From the NCBI GenBank assembly GCA_963665125.2, contig CAXXUK010000001.1, forward strand, positions 928,001-992,000: a DNA stretch of 64,000 bases. The letters run 5' to 3'. This document shows, one piece after another, positions 27,218 to 37,038 of this stretch. A program made the position numbers and the translations under genes. The notes beneath the pieces are model-generated. The model ran no database searches. It worked only from the letters and a program-made list of their open reading frames with translations, and was not told the DNA's origin. Source of the stretch: an uncultured Desulfarculus sp. (GTDB lineage Bacteria; Desulfobacterota; Desulfarculia; Desulfarculales; Desulfarculaceae). Position 1 is the first letter of the stretch. Each line of letters starts with the position of its first letter.

Positions 27218-27772
27218 ATGTCCATCAACTCGAAACCAACACACAAGGAAAACCAGGCCATTCAATTTTCATTTGTCGAGCCGGAAGCCTTCTCGAGCAC
27301 CGTCGGCATTATCAAACGCATAACATTTAAAGACGCACGTTTTTATTACTGCCAAGTCCATCACGAAAATTTTGTATATGAGCGCCCGGTCGGCAAGGGA
27401 AGCCTTGATGATCTGAGTTTGTTCGTAAAGTCGGCCATGTCCGACAAGGATAGAAAGGCCGAAGCCAAGGTGCTCCTGGATTTGCGGTGGGCCACGATTG
27501 ATGTGAATTTCAGTAAAATGTTTGAGTTCGCACGAAATTTGGAATCAATGGGCCTTCATCTGGGGGTGAAGACCAGTGTTCTGGTCCTGTTGGTCAACAG
27601 GGAGCAGAGCTATGGAAAAACCCGCATGTACGAATCCATCGGCGACAAGAGCCACCAGACGGTGTATCCGGTCAGGGAGGTTGACTCGGCCGTCCAAATT
27701 CTCGAGGTGCCGCCCGAACTGTTGCGCGCGGTCATGGACGAGGTGGACAGGCTGGAGCCAACCGAGAGTTGA
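27218..27772 (+). CDS. Hypothetical protein (possibly SpoIIAA/STAS-like)
   Basis: 184-aa ORF with GGAG SD; LLDLR...YGKTRMYE pattern. Confidence 0.5.
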   Translation: MSINSKPTHKENQAIQFSFVEPEAFSSTVGIIKRITFKDARFYYCQVHHENFVYERPVGKGSLDDLSLFVKSAMSDKDRKAEAKVLLDLRWATIDVNFSKMFEFARNLESMGLHLGVKTSVLVLLVNREQSYGKTRMYESIGDKSHQTVYPVREVDSAVQILEVPPELLRAVMDEVDRLEPTES

Positions 27773-27799
27773 AATAACCAACCTGTCCGCCGGGTGTTC

Positions 27800-29182
27800 C
27801 TAACCCTGGGCCCCTCCAACGACAATGCTGGGTATGCGCAGCGTTGGCTGGGCGTCGGCCACCGGCGCTCCCTGGCCGTCCTTGCCGCAGGTGCCTATGC
27901 CGAAGCCCAGGTCAGAGGCCACCCGGTCTATTTCCATTAGCACCTTGGGCCCGTTGCCGGTGAGGGTGGCCCCGCGCACCGGCGCCCCGATTTTGCCGTT
28001 CTCAATCAGATAGCCTTCGCTGACTTCAAACACGAAATCCCCATTGACTGTGTTGACCTGGCCGCCGCCCATTTTCTTGACCAACAGGCCGTTGGGCGTG
28101 TCGGCGATGATGGCGTCGGGATCATCATTGCCCGGCGCGATGAGGGTGTTGGTCATGCGGGGGATGGGCCGCTGGCGGTAGCTTTCCCGGCGGCCGTTGC
28201 CCGTGGGGTTGGCGTTCATTTTCATGGCCGAGAGCCGGTCATGGATGTAGCTCTTCAATACACCGTTTTCAATGAGCACGTTGCGCCTGGTGGGTTGGCC
28301 TTCGTCGTCAAAACCCATCGATCCCCGCTTGCCGGGAATGGTTCCGTCGTCTATCACCGTGATAAGGTCGGTGGCCACCTGTTGGCCTATGCGGTCCTTG
28401 TAGACGCTCATGCCTTCCAGGACGATGTCGGCTTCCAGTCCGTGGCCGACGGCTTCATGGATCATGGTGCCGCCGGCGCTGCTGTGCAGCACCACGGGCA
28501 TGGAACCTCCCTTGGCCGGCTGGGCCGACAGCATCATGACGGCCTTGCGCGCGGCTTCCCTGGCAACGTCTTCGGGAGACTTTTCATTGAAAAGCTCCAT
28601 GCCGCAGAGGCCGCCCACTGATTCGAAACCGGTCTGCAATATGCCGTTTTCCTCGGCAACGCATTGGATGAACAGAACCACGTAGGTGCGGTCTTCGGCT
28701 GCGTCGGTGCCCAGGGTGTTGGCGATGCGCACCCGTTGCAGGCGGTCGAGATAGGTCACCCGGACCTGGCGGATTCTGGGGTCCACCGCCCTGGCCGCGG
28801 CCTCGGCGGCCCGGACCAAGTCCACCTTCTGGTCGGTGGCTACGCCGGACGGAGGCTTTTCAATGGTGTAGATCAGGCCAGGTTGGACGGCCCCGGGAAC
28901 GACGATTTTCCCCCGGTCGCCGGACGATCCGGCCGAGAGATCCATGGCCAGGGAGTTCAAGGCATCGGCGGTGATGTCATTGGTGTGGGCGTAGGAAGTG
29001 CGCAGGTCATGAATCAGCCGCAGGCCCGCGCCCCGGTCCGAGCCTCCTAAAACCTTCTCAATGCGGCCGTCATCCATTACCACCATAAGGCTTGTGGAGT
29101 GCTCTAAAAAGATATCAGCCATCTGGCCGGCGCGGCTCATGGCGGTTTCAAGAATCGGCGTTACATCGAGTTCGAGGCTCAT
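27800..29182 (-). CDS. tldD: TldD family metalloprotease
   Basis: IHEAVGHGLEAD, FDDEG, GNGRRES, PRMTNT and CGKDGQ motifs. Confidence 0.93.
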   Translation of the reverse strand: MSLELDVTPILETAMSRAGQMADIFLEHSTSLMVVMDDGRIEKVLGGSDRGAGLRLIHDLRTSYAHTNDITADALNSLAMDLSAGSSGDRGKIVVPGAVQPGLIYTIEKPPSGVATDQKVDLVRAAEAAARAVDPRIRQVRVTYLDRLQRVRIANTLGTDAAEDRTYVVLFIQCVAEENGILQTGFESVGGLCGMELFNEKSPEDVAREAARKAVMMLSAQPAKGGSMPVVLHSSAGGTMIHEAVGHGLEADIVLEGMSVYKDRIGQQVATDLITVIDDGTIPGKRGSMGFDDEGQPTRRNVLIENGVLKSYIHDRLSAMKMNANPTGNGRRESYRQRPIPRMTNTLIAPGNDDPDAIIADTPNGLLVKKMGGGQVNTVNGDFVFEVSEGYLIENGKIGAPVRGATLTGNGPKVLMEIDRVASDLGFGIGTCGKDGQGAPVADAQPTLRIPSIVVGGAQG

Positions 29183-29361
29183 GAAATCTATCCTCTTGAT
29201 AGAAATAGAGAAAGCTTGTAAATGCCTTTGCGGTAAAATTATCATAGCCGTTGCGGGGGGTCAATTTGCGTTGTGTCCATGCTGTTTGCGTTGACACGGC
29301 TCCGCAAGCGGTCGTAACATCAACTACGGTTTATATCCAACTGCCGTTTGCGAGGTAGAAT

Positions 29362-29994
29362 TTGCGATTTCTCCAGGCCGTTACAATTATTGCCTTTATT
29401 ATATGCCTACCCCTGGGGGCAGCCGCCCAGGATACAGTCAAACCCAAGGTGGTCAGCGCCCTCGAAGCCTGGGAGATGATGGACCAGGACCAAAAGGACG
29501 TTTTCATTATCGATATAAGGCCCAGATTCGCCTATGCCCTGGCGGGGCACCCTCCCACGGCCTACAATATTCCCTGGCGCTTCGCCACCACCGACTTCCA
29601 GGCCGAAGGCGGCGCCTACGACGGTGGTAAGGCCGCCTATACCGGATATCAGCTTTCATCCGAACCTAATCCCAACTTTGTCAGCGTGGTAAAGAGCCTT
29701 TTCAAGCCTGACGATAAGCTGATCATCATTTCAGAGAGCGGCGACATGGGAACCGAAGCGGCCGACGCCCTGGCCGAGTCCGGTTTCAGCCAGGTCTATA
29801 ACATCAAACATGGTTTTTGGGGCGACCAATTGATCCCCAAGGATGACCAGAAGCTGGCTGAAAAGTATTCGCCGTTCTACGGCCAGCGCGGCCGGTTGAA
29901 CGGCTGGGTCTTTTGGGGCCTGCCGGTCAGCCGCAAGATTGAGCCCCGGCTGGTGTATCCGCCGGATCTGAAAAAGATGCAGTCGCTAAAATAA
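29362..29994 (+). CDS. Exported rhodanese-like domain protein
   Basis: Signal peptide and IIDIRP, AYNIPW, VYNIKHGF, NGW..WGLP motifs. Confidence 0.75.
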   Translation: MRFLQAVTIIAFIICLPLGAAAQDTVKPKVVSALEAWEMMDQDQKDVFIIDIRPRFAYALAGHPPTAYNIPWRFATTDFQAEGGAYDGGKAAYTGYQLSSEPNPNFVSVVKSLFKPDDKLIIISESGDMGTEAADALAESGFSQVYNIKHGFWGDQLIPKDDQKLAEKYSPFYGQRGRLNGWVFWGLPVSRKIEPRLVYPPDLKKMQSLK

Positions 29995-30184
29995 GCATGG
30001 CCCCTTGCCAGAAACACCACCGGCGCTCAATGCGCCGGTTTTTTATTGCCCCCGGTGTTGGGGGTGGCGTTTTGGCTTTACCTGATTCTCCGATTGTGCT
30101 ATTTCCTAGTCATGAAACAGCTACGTTATAGCTAATAGGTAGCTTGAGTGATATGGCAGCCTTCCGACGAAAGGAGCGCACAGG

Positions 30185-31621
30185 ATGATCACATTCAGTG
30201 AACGCCAGTTGGCAATTCCCAAAATGATGCGGCCGGTTTATCTGGTAACGGCCGGCCAGTCCAAGTTTGACAGGGCCATGCCCTACAAACGCACAGAAGA
30301 GCTATGTATCGATTCGCTGACAATGGCCGCACAGTTGATAGACAAGACACCGGCCGAGCTGAAGAAATACATCCATTCATGCTATTATGGCCATTTCGCC
30401 GACCACTTTGGTGATCAGCTCCTGGGCGAGGCTGTCATCCACGACCGTCTGGGCCTGGATCCCCTGGGCAATATCGGCGTGAAAACCGGCGGCGCCACCG
30501 GCGGGTCCACCCTGTGGGAAGGCTTCAAGGCCGTGGCCTCGGGCTACAGCGACTGCGTGCTGACCATGGGCTGGGAGCGCATGGACGAGGTGCCCACCGA
30601 CGAGGGCAACAACTACATCTCCTGCGCGGCCGACAAGGACTGGGAGACCCCACTGGGCCATATCTACACCGGCTACTACGCGGTCATGGCTCAGAAATAT
30701 TGGCAGGTTTTCGGCAAGCAGGAGGATTCGTTCCGCCGCACCCTGGCCGAAATCGCCGTTAAACACCACGGCTACGCCAGGCACAACCCGTTTGCCCAGG
30801 CGCCCATGAAAATCACTGTGGAGGACGTGCTCAATTCGCCGGTGGTGGCCTATCCCCTGCGGGCCCTGGACTGCTGCCTGATGAGCGTCGGCGCGGCCTG
30901 CGCCATCCTCTGCGATGAAAAGACGGCCATCGAACTGACCAAGGGCACCAAGAACAAGCCCCTGCGCATCTGGGTGACTGCCGGCAGCCACACCCTGCGC
31001 CCGGCCTGCCGCCGCGACATGGCCATCCCGCTGTTGCCCAATGAAAGCGCCGACCAATATAAAGACCTTGGCGAGCGTTTCCCCGGCGGTGAGCGCTATC
31101 CCGGCTTCACCGGCTTCCTGGCCGCCCGCATCGCGGCCTATTATGCCTACAATATGTGCGGCATCAACGACCCCACCGAGGACTTGGATGTCATCGAACT
31201 GCACGACGCCTTTACTATCAGCGACGTGCAGACGTATGAAGACGTCGGAATCCGTCCCTATGGCGAGGGTCGCAATTATGTGGAAAGCGGCGATTGCTAT
31301 CACATCAACCCGCACACCGGCAAACCCGGCAAGCTGCCCTCCAACCTGTCGGGCGGTCTCATCGGCTGCATGCACGCCGTGGGCGCCACGGGCATCATGC
31401 AAACATTCGAGATCGCGGTGCAGATCTGGAACCGCTGGGCCGAGATACACGGCGACCAGAAACTGTGGGACGAATTCGGCCGCCAAAAGCCCGCCGATTG
31501 GACCGATTTGCAGGTGGCCGGCGCCAAGCGGGCCCTGGCCATCAGCCACGCCGGCGTGGGTTCCCACGTAACCGCCACAATCCTGCAGGATCCCGACCAC
31601 CTGCTCAAGGCCGACGCCTAG
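30185..31621 (+). CDS. SCP2-type thiolase-fold protein lacking the catalytic Cys
   Basis: GWERM, NPFAQ, GAACAIL, IELHDAFT, NLSGGL..HAVGATG. The nucleophile site reads GGATGG. Confidence 0.85.
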   Translation: MITFSERQLAIPKMMRPVYLVTAGQSKFDRAMPYKRTEELCIDSLTMAAQLIDKTPAELKKYIHSCYYGHFADHFGDQLLGEAVIHDRLGLDPLGNIGVKTGGATGGSTLWEGFKAVASGYSDCVLTMGWERMDEVPTDEGNNYISCAADKDWETPLGHIYTGYYAVMAQKYWQVFGKQEDSFRRTLAEIAVKHHGYARHNPFAQAPMKITVEDVLNSPVVAYPLRALDCCLMSVGAACAILCDEKTAIELTKGTKNKPLRIWVTAGSHTLRPACRRDMAIPLLPNESADQYKDLGERFPGGERYPGFTGFLAARIAAYYAYNMCGINDPTEDLDVIELHDAFTISDVQTYEDVGIRPYGEGRNYVESGDCYHINPHTGKPGKLPSNLSGGLIGCMHAVGATGIMQTFEIAVQIWNRWAEIHGDQKLWDEFGRQKPADWTDLQVAGAKRALAISHAGVGSHVTATILQDPDHLLKADA

Positions 31622-31639
31622 ACTGGGGAGGAATAAATA

Positions 31640-32233
31640 ATGGCTACTTTTGGTCAAGTAAAAGTCAAAGACGGGCAGTATAAGATCAAGGGCGATTTTC
31701 ACCAGATTCGCCAGAACATGCCCATTCGCAACGAGGATGAGGGCTGGCGTCTGATGGGCGTCACCAACCCTCGTGACATCACCCATATCCACATGTACGG
31801 CGGCGAAGCCATATTCTTCGAAAGCCTGGGCCAGGGCAAGCTGCTGGGCACCCGCTGCGACAACCCGGATTGCGAGTTCCCCGGCACCATCTATCTGCCG
31901 TTCCGCATCCACTGCGCCGATTGCCTTACTCGCAACACGGTCGTCGACTTGACGGATGTCGTTCGCAAGACCGCAAAAATCCACACCTTCATGGTCTGCG
32001 CCCGCTCCGGCGCCTTCAACACCCTGGACAAGCCCATCAAGTTCATCAACGTTGAATTCGAAGGAGTGGCAACCATCCTGATGAGCTATCTGGTGATCGG
32101 CGAACCGGAGATCGGCAAGCGCGTAGTGCCTATCTTCAAAACCGTCAACCCCACCTACACAATCCTCGACCTGGCCTTTGTCGAGGATGGCACCAGCGCA
32201 GATCAACTGCCGCAGGATTATACGTTCGGCTAA
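31640..32233 (+). CDS. Zn-ribbon + OB-fold (DUF35) partner protein
   Basis: FFESLGQGKLLGTRC...C...P.RIHCADC, directly after the thiolase gene. Confidence 0.85.
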   Translation: MATFGQVKVKDGQYKIKGDFHQIRQNMPIRNEDEGWRLMGVTNPRDITHIHMYGGEAIFFESLGQGKLLGTRCDNPDCEFPGTIYLPFRIHCADCLTRNTVVDLTDVVRKTAKIHTFMVCARSGAFNTLDKPIKFINVEFEGVATILMSYLVIGEPEIGKRVVPIFKTVNPTYTILDLAFVEDGTSADQLPQDYTFG

Positions 32234-32243
32234 GATTTTTTAT

Positions 32244-32426
32244 CTTGGGGGGCTTTTTGAAAAAAGCCCCCCAAGCCCCCAAAAAACTTCGCCGCTTATC
32301 GTTTGCCGGCTGCGCCGCCAAACGATAAGCGGTCATTTTTTCCGGCGTTGCGCGATTGATTTGGCCAAAGGCCAAATCAATCGCGCACGCGGTTTTCTTT
32401 TTGGAAGGGGGTATGGGGGAAACCTT
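32244..32426. repeat. Multi-hairpin REP/MITE-like element, copy 2 (inverted relative to 578-844)
   Basis: G6/C6 hairpin at 32244-32275, stem at 32292-32332 and GATTTGGCC hairpin at 32349-32387. 32393-32424 is the reverse complement of 616-647 with one mismatch. Confidence 0.8.
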
Positions 32427-32433
32427 CAGAAAA

Positions 32434-34101
32434 TCAAAACTCAATGGCCGCCCCGGCGGTAAGGGCGTGTTGGTTGTAAGCGTTGGCAAGTTGGCCTTCG
32501 TACCGGCCATAGAAGACAAAGCCGCCCTGGGTTTTGGCCGATATTTCCAGGCTGGGGGCAAAGGCTTGCCGGTCATCGTTGTCGCCGTCAACCGTAAAAC
32601 TACCGCCTTGGCCGGATAGCGAGGCCTCGATGCCGCGGTCATCAAGCGGGGCGTTGTACTGATAGACCAGGGTCAGTTCGGGGCGCAGGACGAGGCCTTG
32701 ATCAAGGGTGAAGACGCGGCTGAAGCGCAGTTCCAGGCGGCCGATGAGGCTTGATGCGTCAATGTCTTCGACTTTGAGGTTGAGACTGCCGGCCCCGGTT
32801 TCCGTGAAGCCGTCCTGGTGCAGATTGACGAGGTTCAGCGTTACGGCGGGGCGCAGCCACCACTCTTGCCATTGGTATTTCAGGCCCGCTCCGAGTTGAC
32901 CGGCAAAGGTGTGGCCGTCGGGTGAGCCTTTGGCCGTGCGGTCGACGTCTTCAAAACGGATCACCCGGTTGGCGTCCGCCCGGCGAAGTCCGGCCAGGGC
33001 GGCGCCTTCAAAAAACCAGCCTTCGGCGGAGTACAGGGCCTCAAAGCCCAGATCGAGGTTCTCAACGTCGCCGTCGCCCTTGCCCCGTGCCCAGTCGAAG
33101 TTGGTGCGGCCGTAGAAAAGATTCAGGCCCATGATGGTGTTGGCCCCGGCAAGCCAGTCGCAGCCACCGGCCACGCCAGCGGTGTCATACCCGAATCCGA
33201 CCCTTTCGGCTGTGTCCTCGAAATCGCCCTTTGCTCCCAAAACCTTGAGCCAGGGAATGAAGCCTTCCCGGTCTTGGATCTGGCCCGATGACCGGCAAAG
33301 GCCGAGTTCCCTGCGGTGGGCGGCCATGCTGTCCAGGGCCAACAGGCTTTGTTGAATGGTTATGCTGGTCAGGCTGTCATAGGCCTCGGGGCTGATGGTG
33401 CGCAGGCTTTGGACAAGAGCGCTGGTTTCCTGGAGGTTGAGGTTGGACAGCACAAAGTCGAAATCGCTGTACCTGTCCGGGGTGGCCAGGGAATCGACAT
33501 AAGCGGCCATGTCACCGGCGTTGCCGCTGGTTACATATGGACTATAACTCAATGCCGGGCCGATAAAGGGTCTGTCGGCGCGGTAGCCGCTGAGGGGGAT
33601 GTACTCCATCAAGAGCACCTGCTGGCCCCCGCCTTGGCCCCAGCCGTTGATCTCACCCGCCGTGCCGGTGCGCATGGTCACGCCGCCGGGGACCCTTACG
33701 GCTATGAAGTAGTCGGGCGTCGAGGGAAGAGCGAACTTGTCGCGGACCTGTTCCGGGGTCATGCCGCGGACGCTGTCGGCGGACATTATCCAGCCGCCCA
33801 CGCCTCCGCCGCGCAGGCGTGATCCATCCAATTCATAAAAACGCACGTAATAGGTGACTTGAGTGGTGCGCACCTCATAAACATTGGAGCCCTGTTCAAA
33901 GGGCAGGGTGGTGGGGGTTGCCCGGCCCTGATCAATCAACTCCTGATTGACAAAGGCCGTGCTGTAAATGCCCAAGAGCTGACCAGGAGGCAGGATGATT
34001 TGGTCGGCTTGACCGGCGCCGGATGGCGCGGGGATTAATAAAAGGGCAACGATAAGGGCAGCCGTTACGGCTGCCCGGATGGATGCATGAAGGCTTTTCA
34101 T
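32434..34101 (-). CDS. Type Va autotransporter with short toxin-like passenger
   Basis: Sec signal, passenger of about 150 aa, helical linker (SPEAY) and about 280-aa amphipathic beta-barrel ending in Phe. Confidence 0.85.
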   Translation of the reverse strand: MKSLHASIRAAVTAALIVALLLIPAPSGAGQADQIILPPGQLLGIYSTAFVNQELIDQGRATPTTLPFEQGSNVYEVRTTQVTYYVRFYELDGSRLRGGGVGGWIMSADSVRGMTPEQVRDKFALPSTPDYFIAVRVPGGVTMRTGTAGEINGWGQGGGQQVLLMEYIPLSGYRADRPFIGPALSYSPYVTSGNAGDMAAYVDSLATPDRYSDFDFVLSNLNLQETSALVQSLRTISPEAYDSLTSITIQQSLLALDSMAAHRRELGLCRSSGQIQDREGFIPWLKVLGAKGDFEDTAERVGFGYDTAGVAGGCDWLAGANTIMGLNLFYGRTNFDWARGKGDGDVENLDLGFEALYSAEGWFFEGAALAGLRRADANRVIRFEDVDRTAKGSPDGHTFAGQLGAGLKYQWQEWWLRPAVTLNLVNLHQDGFTETGAGSLNLKVEDIDASSLIGRLELRFSRVFTLDQGLVLRPELTLVYQYNAPLDDRGIEASLSGQGGSFTVDGDNDDRQAFAPSLEISAKTQGGFVFYGRYEGQLANAYNQHALTAGAAIEF

Positions 34102-34149
34102 ATAGCGGTGTTCCCGATCAGCAAACCTATGAAAACCGATTCGACAACA

Positions 34150-35424
34150 TCAGCTGAAATAGTTTTTGGGCACCACGGTAATGCCCCTGGGCGTGACGGT
34201 GAAGCGCTTGCGGTCCTCCTTGGGATTGACGCCTATTTCGGTGCCCTCGGGCAAGGTGTTTTGCTTGTCGATAATGGCCTTTTTAACGGTGCAGCGGCGA
34301 CCGATTATGACGTCGTCCAAGATGACGCTTTCATCGACATCGGCCCAGGATTCAACGATGACATTGGATGACAACACGCTGTTGCGCACAATGGCACCGC
34401 TGATGATGCAGCCCGAGCCCACCAGGGAGTCCAGGGCCTTGCCCGCCCTGGGCGTCGAACTGCGTTCGTCCTGGAACACGAACTTGGCCGGGGGGAACTG
34501 CCGCCTGTGGGTCCGCAGGGACCAGGTGGTGCCGTAGAGGCTGAAGTATGGCTCCACGCCGCACAGATCCATGTTGGCGTTCCAATAGGCGTCCAGATTT
34601 CCCACGTCCCGCCAATAGCCGCTGTCGCGGGTGCGCTCTTCCATTACGCGATGGCGTCGGCCCTCATCGTCGTACACATAGGCATAGTCGGAGATTATGT
34701 TGTTTGCCCGGTACGGATAGGCCACCACCTTGTATTTGCCCAGGAGCGTAGGAATGATGTCATGGCCGAAATCCGTTCCCTCGGCGTTTTCCAGGATGTC
34801 CATCAACACTTCCTTGCGGAACATGTAGATGCCCATGCTGGCCAGGGAATGGTTCGGGTCTCCGGGGATGCAACAAGGATCTTTGGGCTTTTCATGGAAC
34901 GCCTGGATGGTGAACTCCGGATCGACTTCGACCACGCCGAATTCCCGGGCCATTTGGCGGTCCACCTCGATCACGCTGATGCTCACATCGGCGTCTTTTT
35001 CGTCGTGGTATTCGCGGAACAGGGCGTAATTCATCTTGTAGACGTGGTCGCCGCTGAGGATGAGCACCGCTTCCAGATTGTGGTCGCGCTCGAGAAGGTA
35101 GGCGTTTTGACGCACCGAATCGGCGGTGCCCTGATACCACTGGTCGCCCGAGCGCATCTGGGGCGGTACGATGCGCAGATAGTGACCCAGGTCATAGTTG
35201 AATATGTTCCACCCGGCTTCCAGGTGGTCCACCAAAGACTGGCTTTTATACTGCGGCAAGACCATGATTTTGTATATGCCGCTGTTGATGACGTTGCTCA
35301 GGGTGATATCTATCAGCCGATAGATGCCGCCAAAGGGAACCGACGGTTTGGAACGGTCGTCGGTGAGTGGGGCCAGGCGCTGGCCCTTGCCTCCTGCCAT
35401 GATAACGGCAAGTACGTCTTTCAA
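34150..35424 (-). CDS. glgC: Glucose-1-phosphate adenylyltransferase
   Basis: MAGGKGQRL.PLT, KPSVPFGG.YR, WYQGTAD, SGDHVY and YWRDVG motifs. TTG start after GGAGG. Confidence 0.95.
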   Translation of the reverse strand: MKDVLAVIMAGGKGQRLAPLTDDRSKPSVPFGGIYRLIDITLSNVINSGIYKIMVLPQYKSQSLVDHLEAGWNIFNYDLGHYLRIVPPQMRSGDQWYQGTADSVRQNAYLLERDHNLEAVLILSGDHVYKMNYALFREYHDEKDADVSISVIEVDRQMAREFGVVEVDPEFTIQAFHEKPKDPCCIPGDPNHSLASMGIYMFRKEVLMDILENAEGTDFGHDIIPTLLGKYKVVAYPYRANNIISDYAYVYDDEGRRHRVMEERTRDSGYWRDVGNLDAYWNANMDLCGVEPYFSLYGTTWSLRTHRRQFPPAKFVFQDERSSTPRAGKALDSLVGSGCIISGAIVRNSVLSSNVIVESWADVDESVILDDVIIGRRCTVKKAIIDKQNTLPEGTEIGVNPKEDRKRFTVTPRGITVVPKNYFS

Positions 35425-35596
35425 AGTGAATCCTCCGGACAGCGGGAGAGCTTGTGGATGTTGAATTATGTGCGCTGTCAACCGCAACAGCCATTAACTG
35501 TATTTGACCATTGTTGGGCCGCACTTGCAATCCAATGCTGCATGACATCAAAATGTAATGATCGTAAAATCGGGGTTTCATAAAAAGGGGTGGCTG

Positions 35597-35914
35597 ATGA
35601 AGGCGAAGACGAGCGGGGATCTGGATCGGAGTATCGAAAAACTGCGCAGCGACGCTCTGCTTTCGCTGTTGAACAACGAGACAGACCTGGACCGTTTCAA
35701 GCGGGCGGTGGAGGCAGCCTTTGGCCTGGAGGCCAACGAGGTCATCGAGACAAACCGCAGAAGCGGTTTTTATCCGCCCCTGCGCCGGCCGGCCGAGGGC
35801 AGCGATCTGGCTATTCTTTGGACGCAAATGCTCCGGGATCAGGCCCTGGCCCACCTGGAGAGCGAAGACCCGTTGATTTTCTGCCTGGAGCTTTCCAAGC
35901 GAATGGCGCGCTAG
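35597..35914 (+). CDS. Hypothetical protein
   Basis: About 105-aa ORF filling the gap between glgC and the AI-2E gene. Confidence 0.5.
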   Translation: MKAKTSGDLDRSIEKLRSDALLSLLNNETDLDRFKRAVEAAFGLEANEVIETNRRSGFYPPLRRPAEGSDLAILWTQMLRDQALAHLESEDPLIFCLELSKRMAR

Positions 35915-37038
35915 GCGTCCGGAGGCGTCTGTCGCTCCGGTTCCGGCGCTTCCTGGGGCGGAGCGGCCGGTTCCTGGAAGTAATTTTCATATATCTCCAG
36001 CAAGGAGATGAATACCGCCAGAATCAACGGGCCGAGGATCAGGCCCACCATGCCGAAGACGCTTAGTCCGCCCAGGATGCTGAAAAAAGTCAGCAGGGGG
36101 TGGATGTCCGTGCCGCCCACCAATCTTGGACGAAGGAGGTTGTCGCATATCAGCTGGGCCGCGCCGCACCAGATCATGACCCCGGCTGCCTGCCAGGTAT
36201 GGCCGGTCAGGATAAGATACACGCCGGCCGGAATGAACAACAGCGCCGTGCCCACCAGGGGCACCACCGAGGCAAAGACCATCACCGTGCCCCAGAACAG
36301 GGCGTGGGGTACGCCGAAGACGAAAAAGCCAAGCCCGCCAAAGGTGCCCTGGATGATGGCCAGGACCACGGTGCCGCGCAGGGTGGTGCGCAGGGTTTCC
36401 AGGATGTCGTCGCGGATATGGGCGGTGGTTTCGGCGGGCAGCGGCGAAAGCTGGATGATCCGCCGGGCCATGCGCTGGCCATCCATGAGCAAAAAGAACG
36501 TCACGAACATCATCAAGGCGAAACCGATGGCCATGTTTGTGGCGCCGCGCACCAGTCCCGACAGGTTAAGGTAGAGCAGGTTGCTGATATATTTTAGGAA
36601 ATCGGCGGCGTGGCCCAGGAGGTCGGCCCGCTTGAGTCCTGTGAGGTGCTCTATCCTATCGAAATACGGGCTCAGGCTGCCCAGGCCTTTTTCAACTATG
36701 TCTTGCAGCTTGTCCCCGGCCACCATGTAGGTGACTGTGTTGTACAGCTCCAGGGCTTGCGAGGTGATGACGCCTGTGATGAAAATGGCCGGTATCACGA
36801 TTATCAGCAGGAACAGGGTGCACGCCGCGGCCGAGGCCAGGCCCCGTTTGCCGCGCATCAGCTTGAGCAGATAATCGTAGACCGGACCTCCCACCACCAC
36901 CAGGACGATGGCCAGGAAAATCGGCGTCAGATAGGGCTGGACCAGCAGATAGGCCCAATAGAGCATGAATAAAAAGCAGGCCATGAAGAACCAGCGGCTG
37001 GTGTTGCTGCCGAACGAGCCTTTGGGGTCGTTGATCAT
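35911..37038 (-). CDS. AI-2E family transporter
   Basis: Multiple TM helices, FFLLMDG, DNLLRP and GLILGP motifs; GGAGG SD. Confidence 0.9.
   Translation of the reverse strand: MINDPKGSFGSNTSRWFFMACFLFMLYWAYLLVQPYLTPIFLAIVLVVVGGPVYDYLLKLMRGKRGLASAAACTLFLLIIVIPAIFITGVITSQALELYNTVTYMVAGDKLQDIVEKGLGSLSPYFDRIEHLTGLKRADLLGHAADFLKYISNLLYLNLSGLVRGATNMAIGFALMMFVTFFLLMDGQRMARRIIQLSPLPAETTAHIRDDILETLRTTLRGTVVLAIIQGTFGGLGFFVFGVPHALFWGTVMVFASVVPLVGTALLFIPAGVYLILTGHTWQAAGVMIWCGAAQLICDNLLRPRLVGGTDIHPLLTFFSILGGLSVFGMVGLILGPLILAVFISLLEIYENYFQEPAAPPQEAPEPERQTPPDA

Noticed and set aside
27800..29182. tldD as part of a RiPP cluster
   Set aside because: No precursor, YcaO or tldE is adjacent; stand-alone tldD is common.
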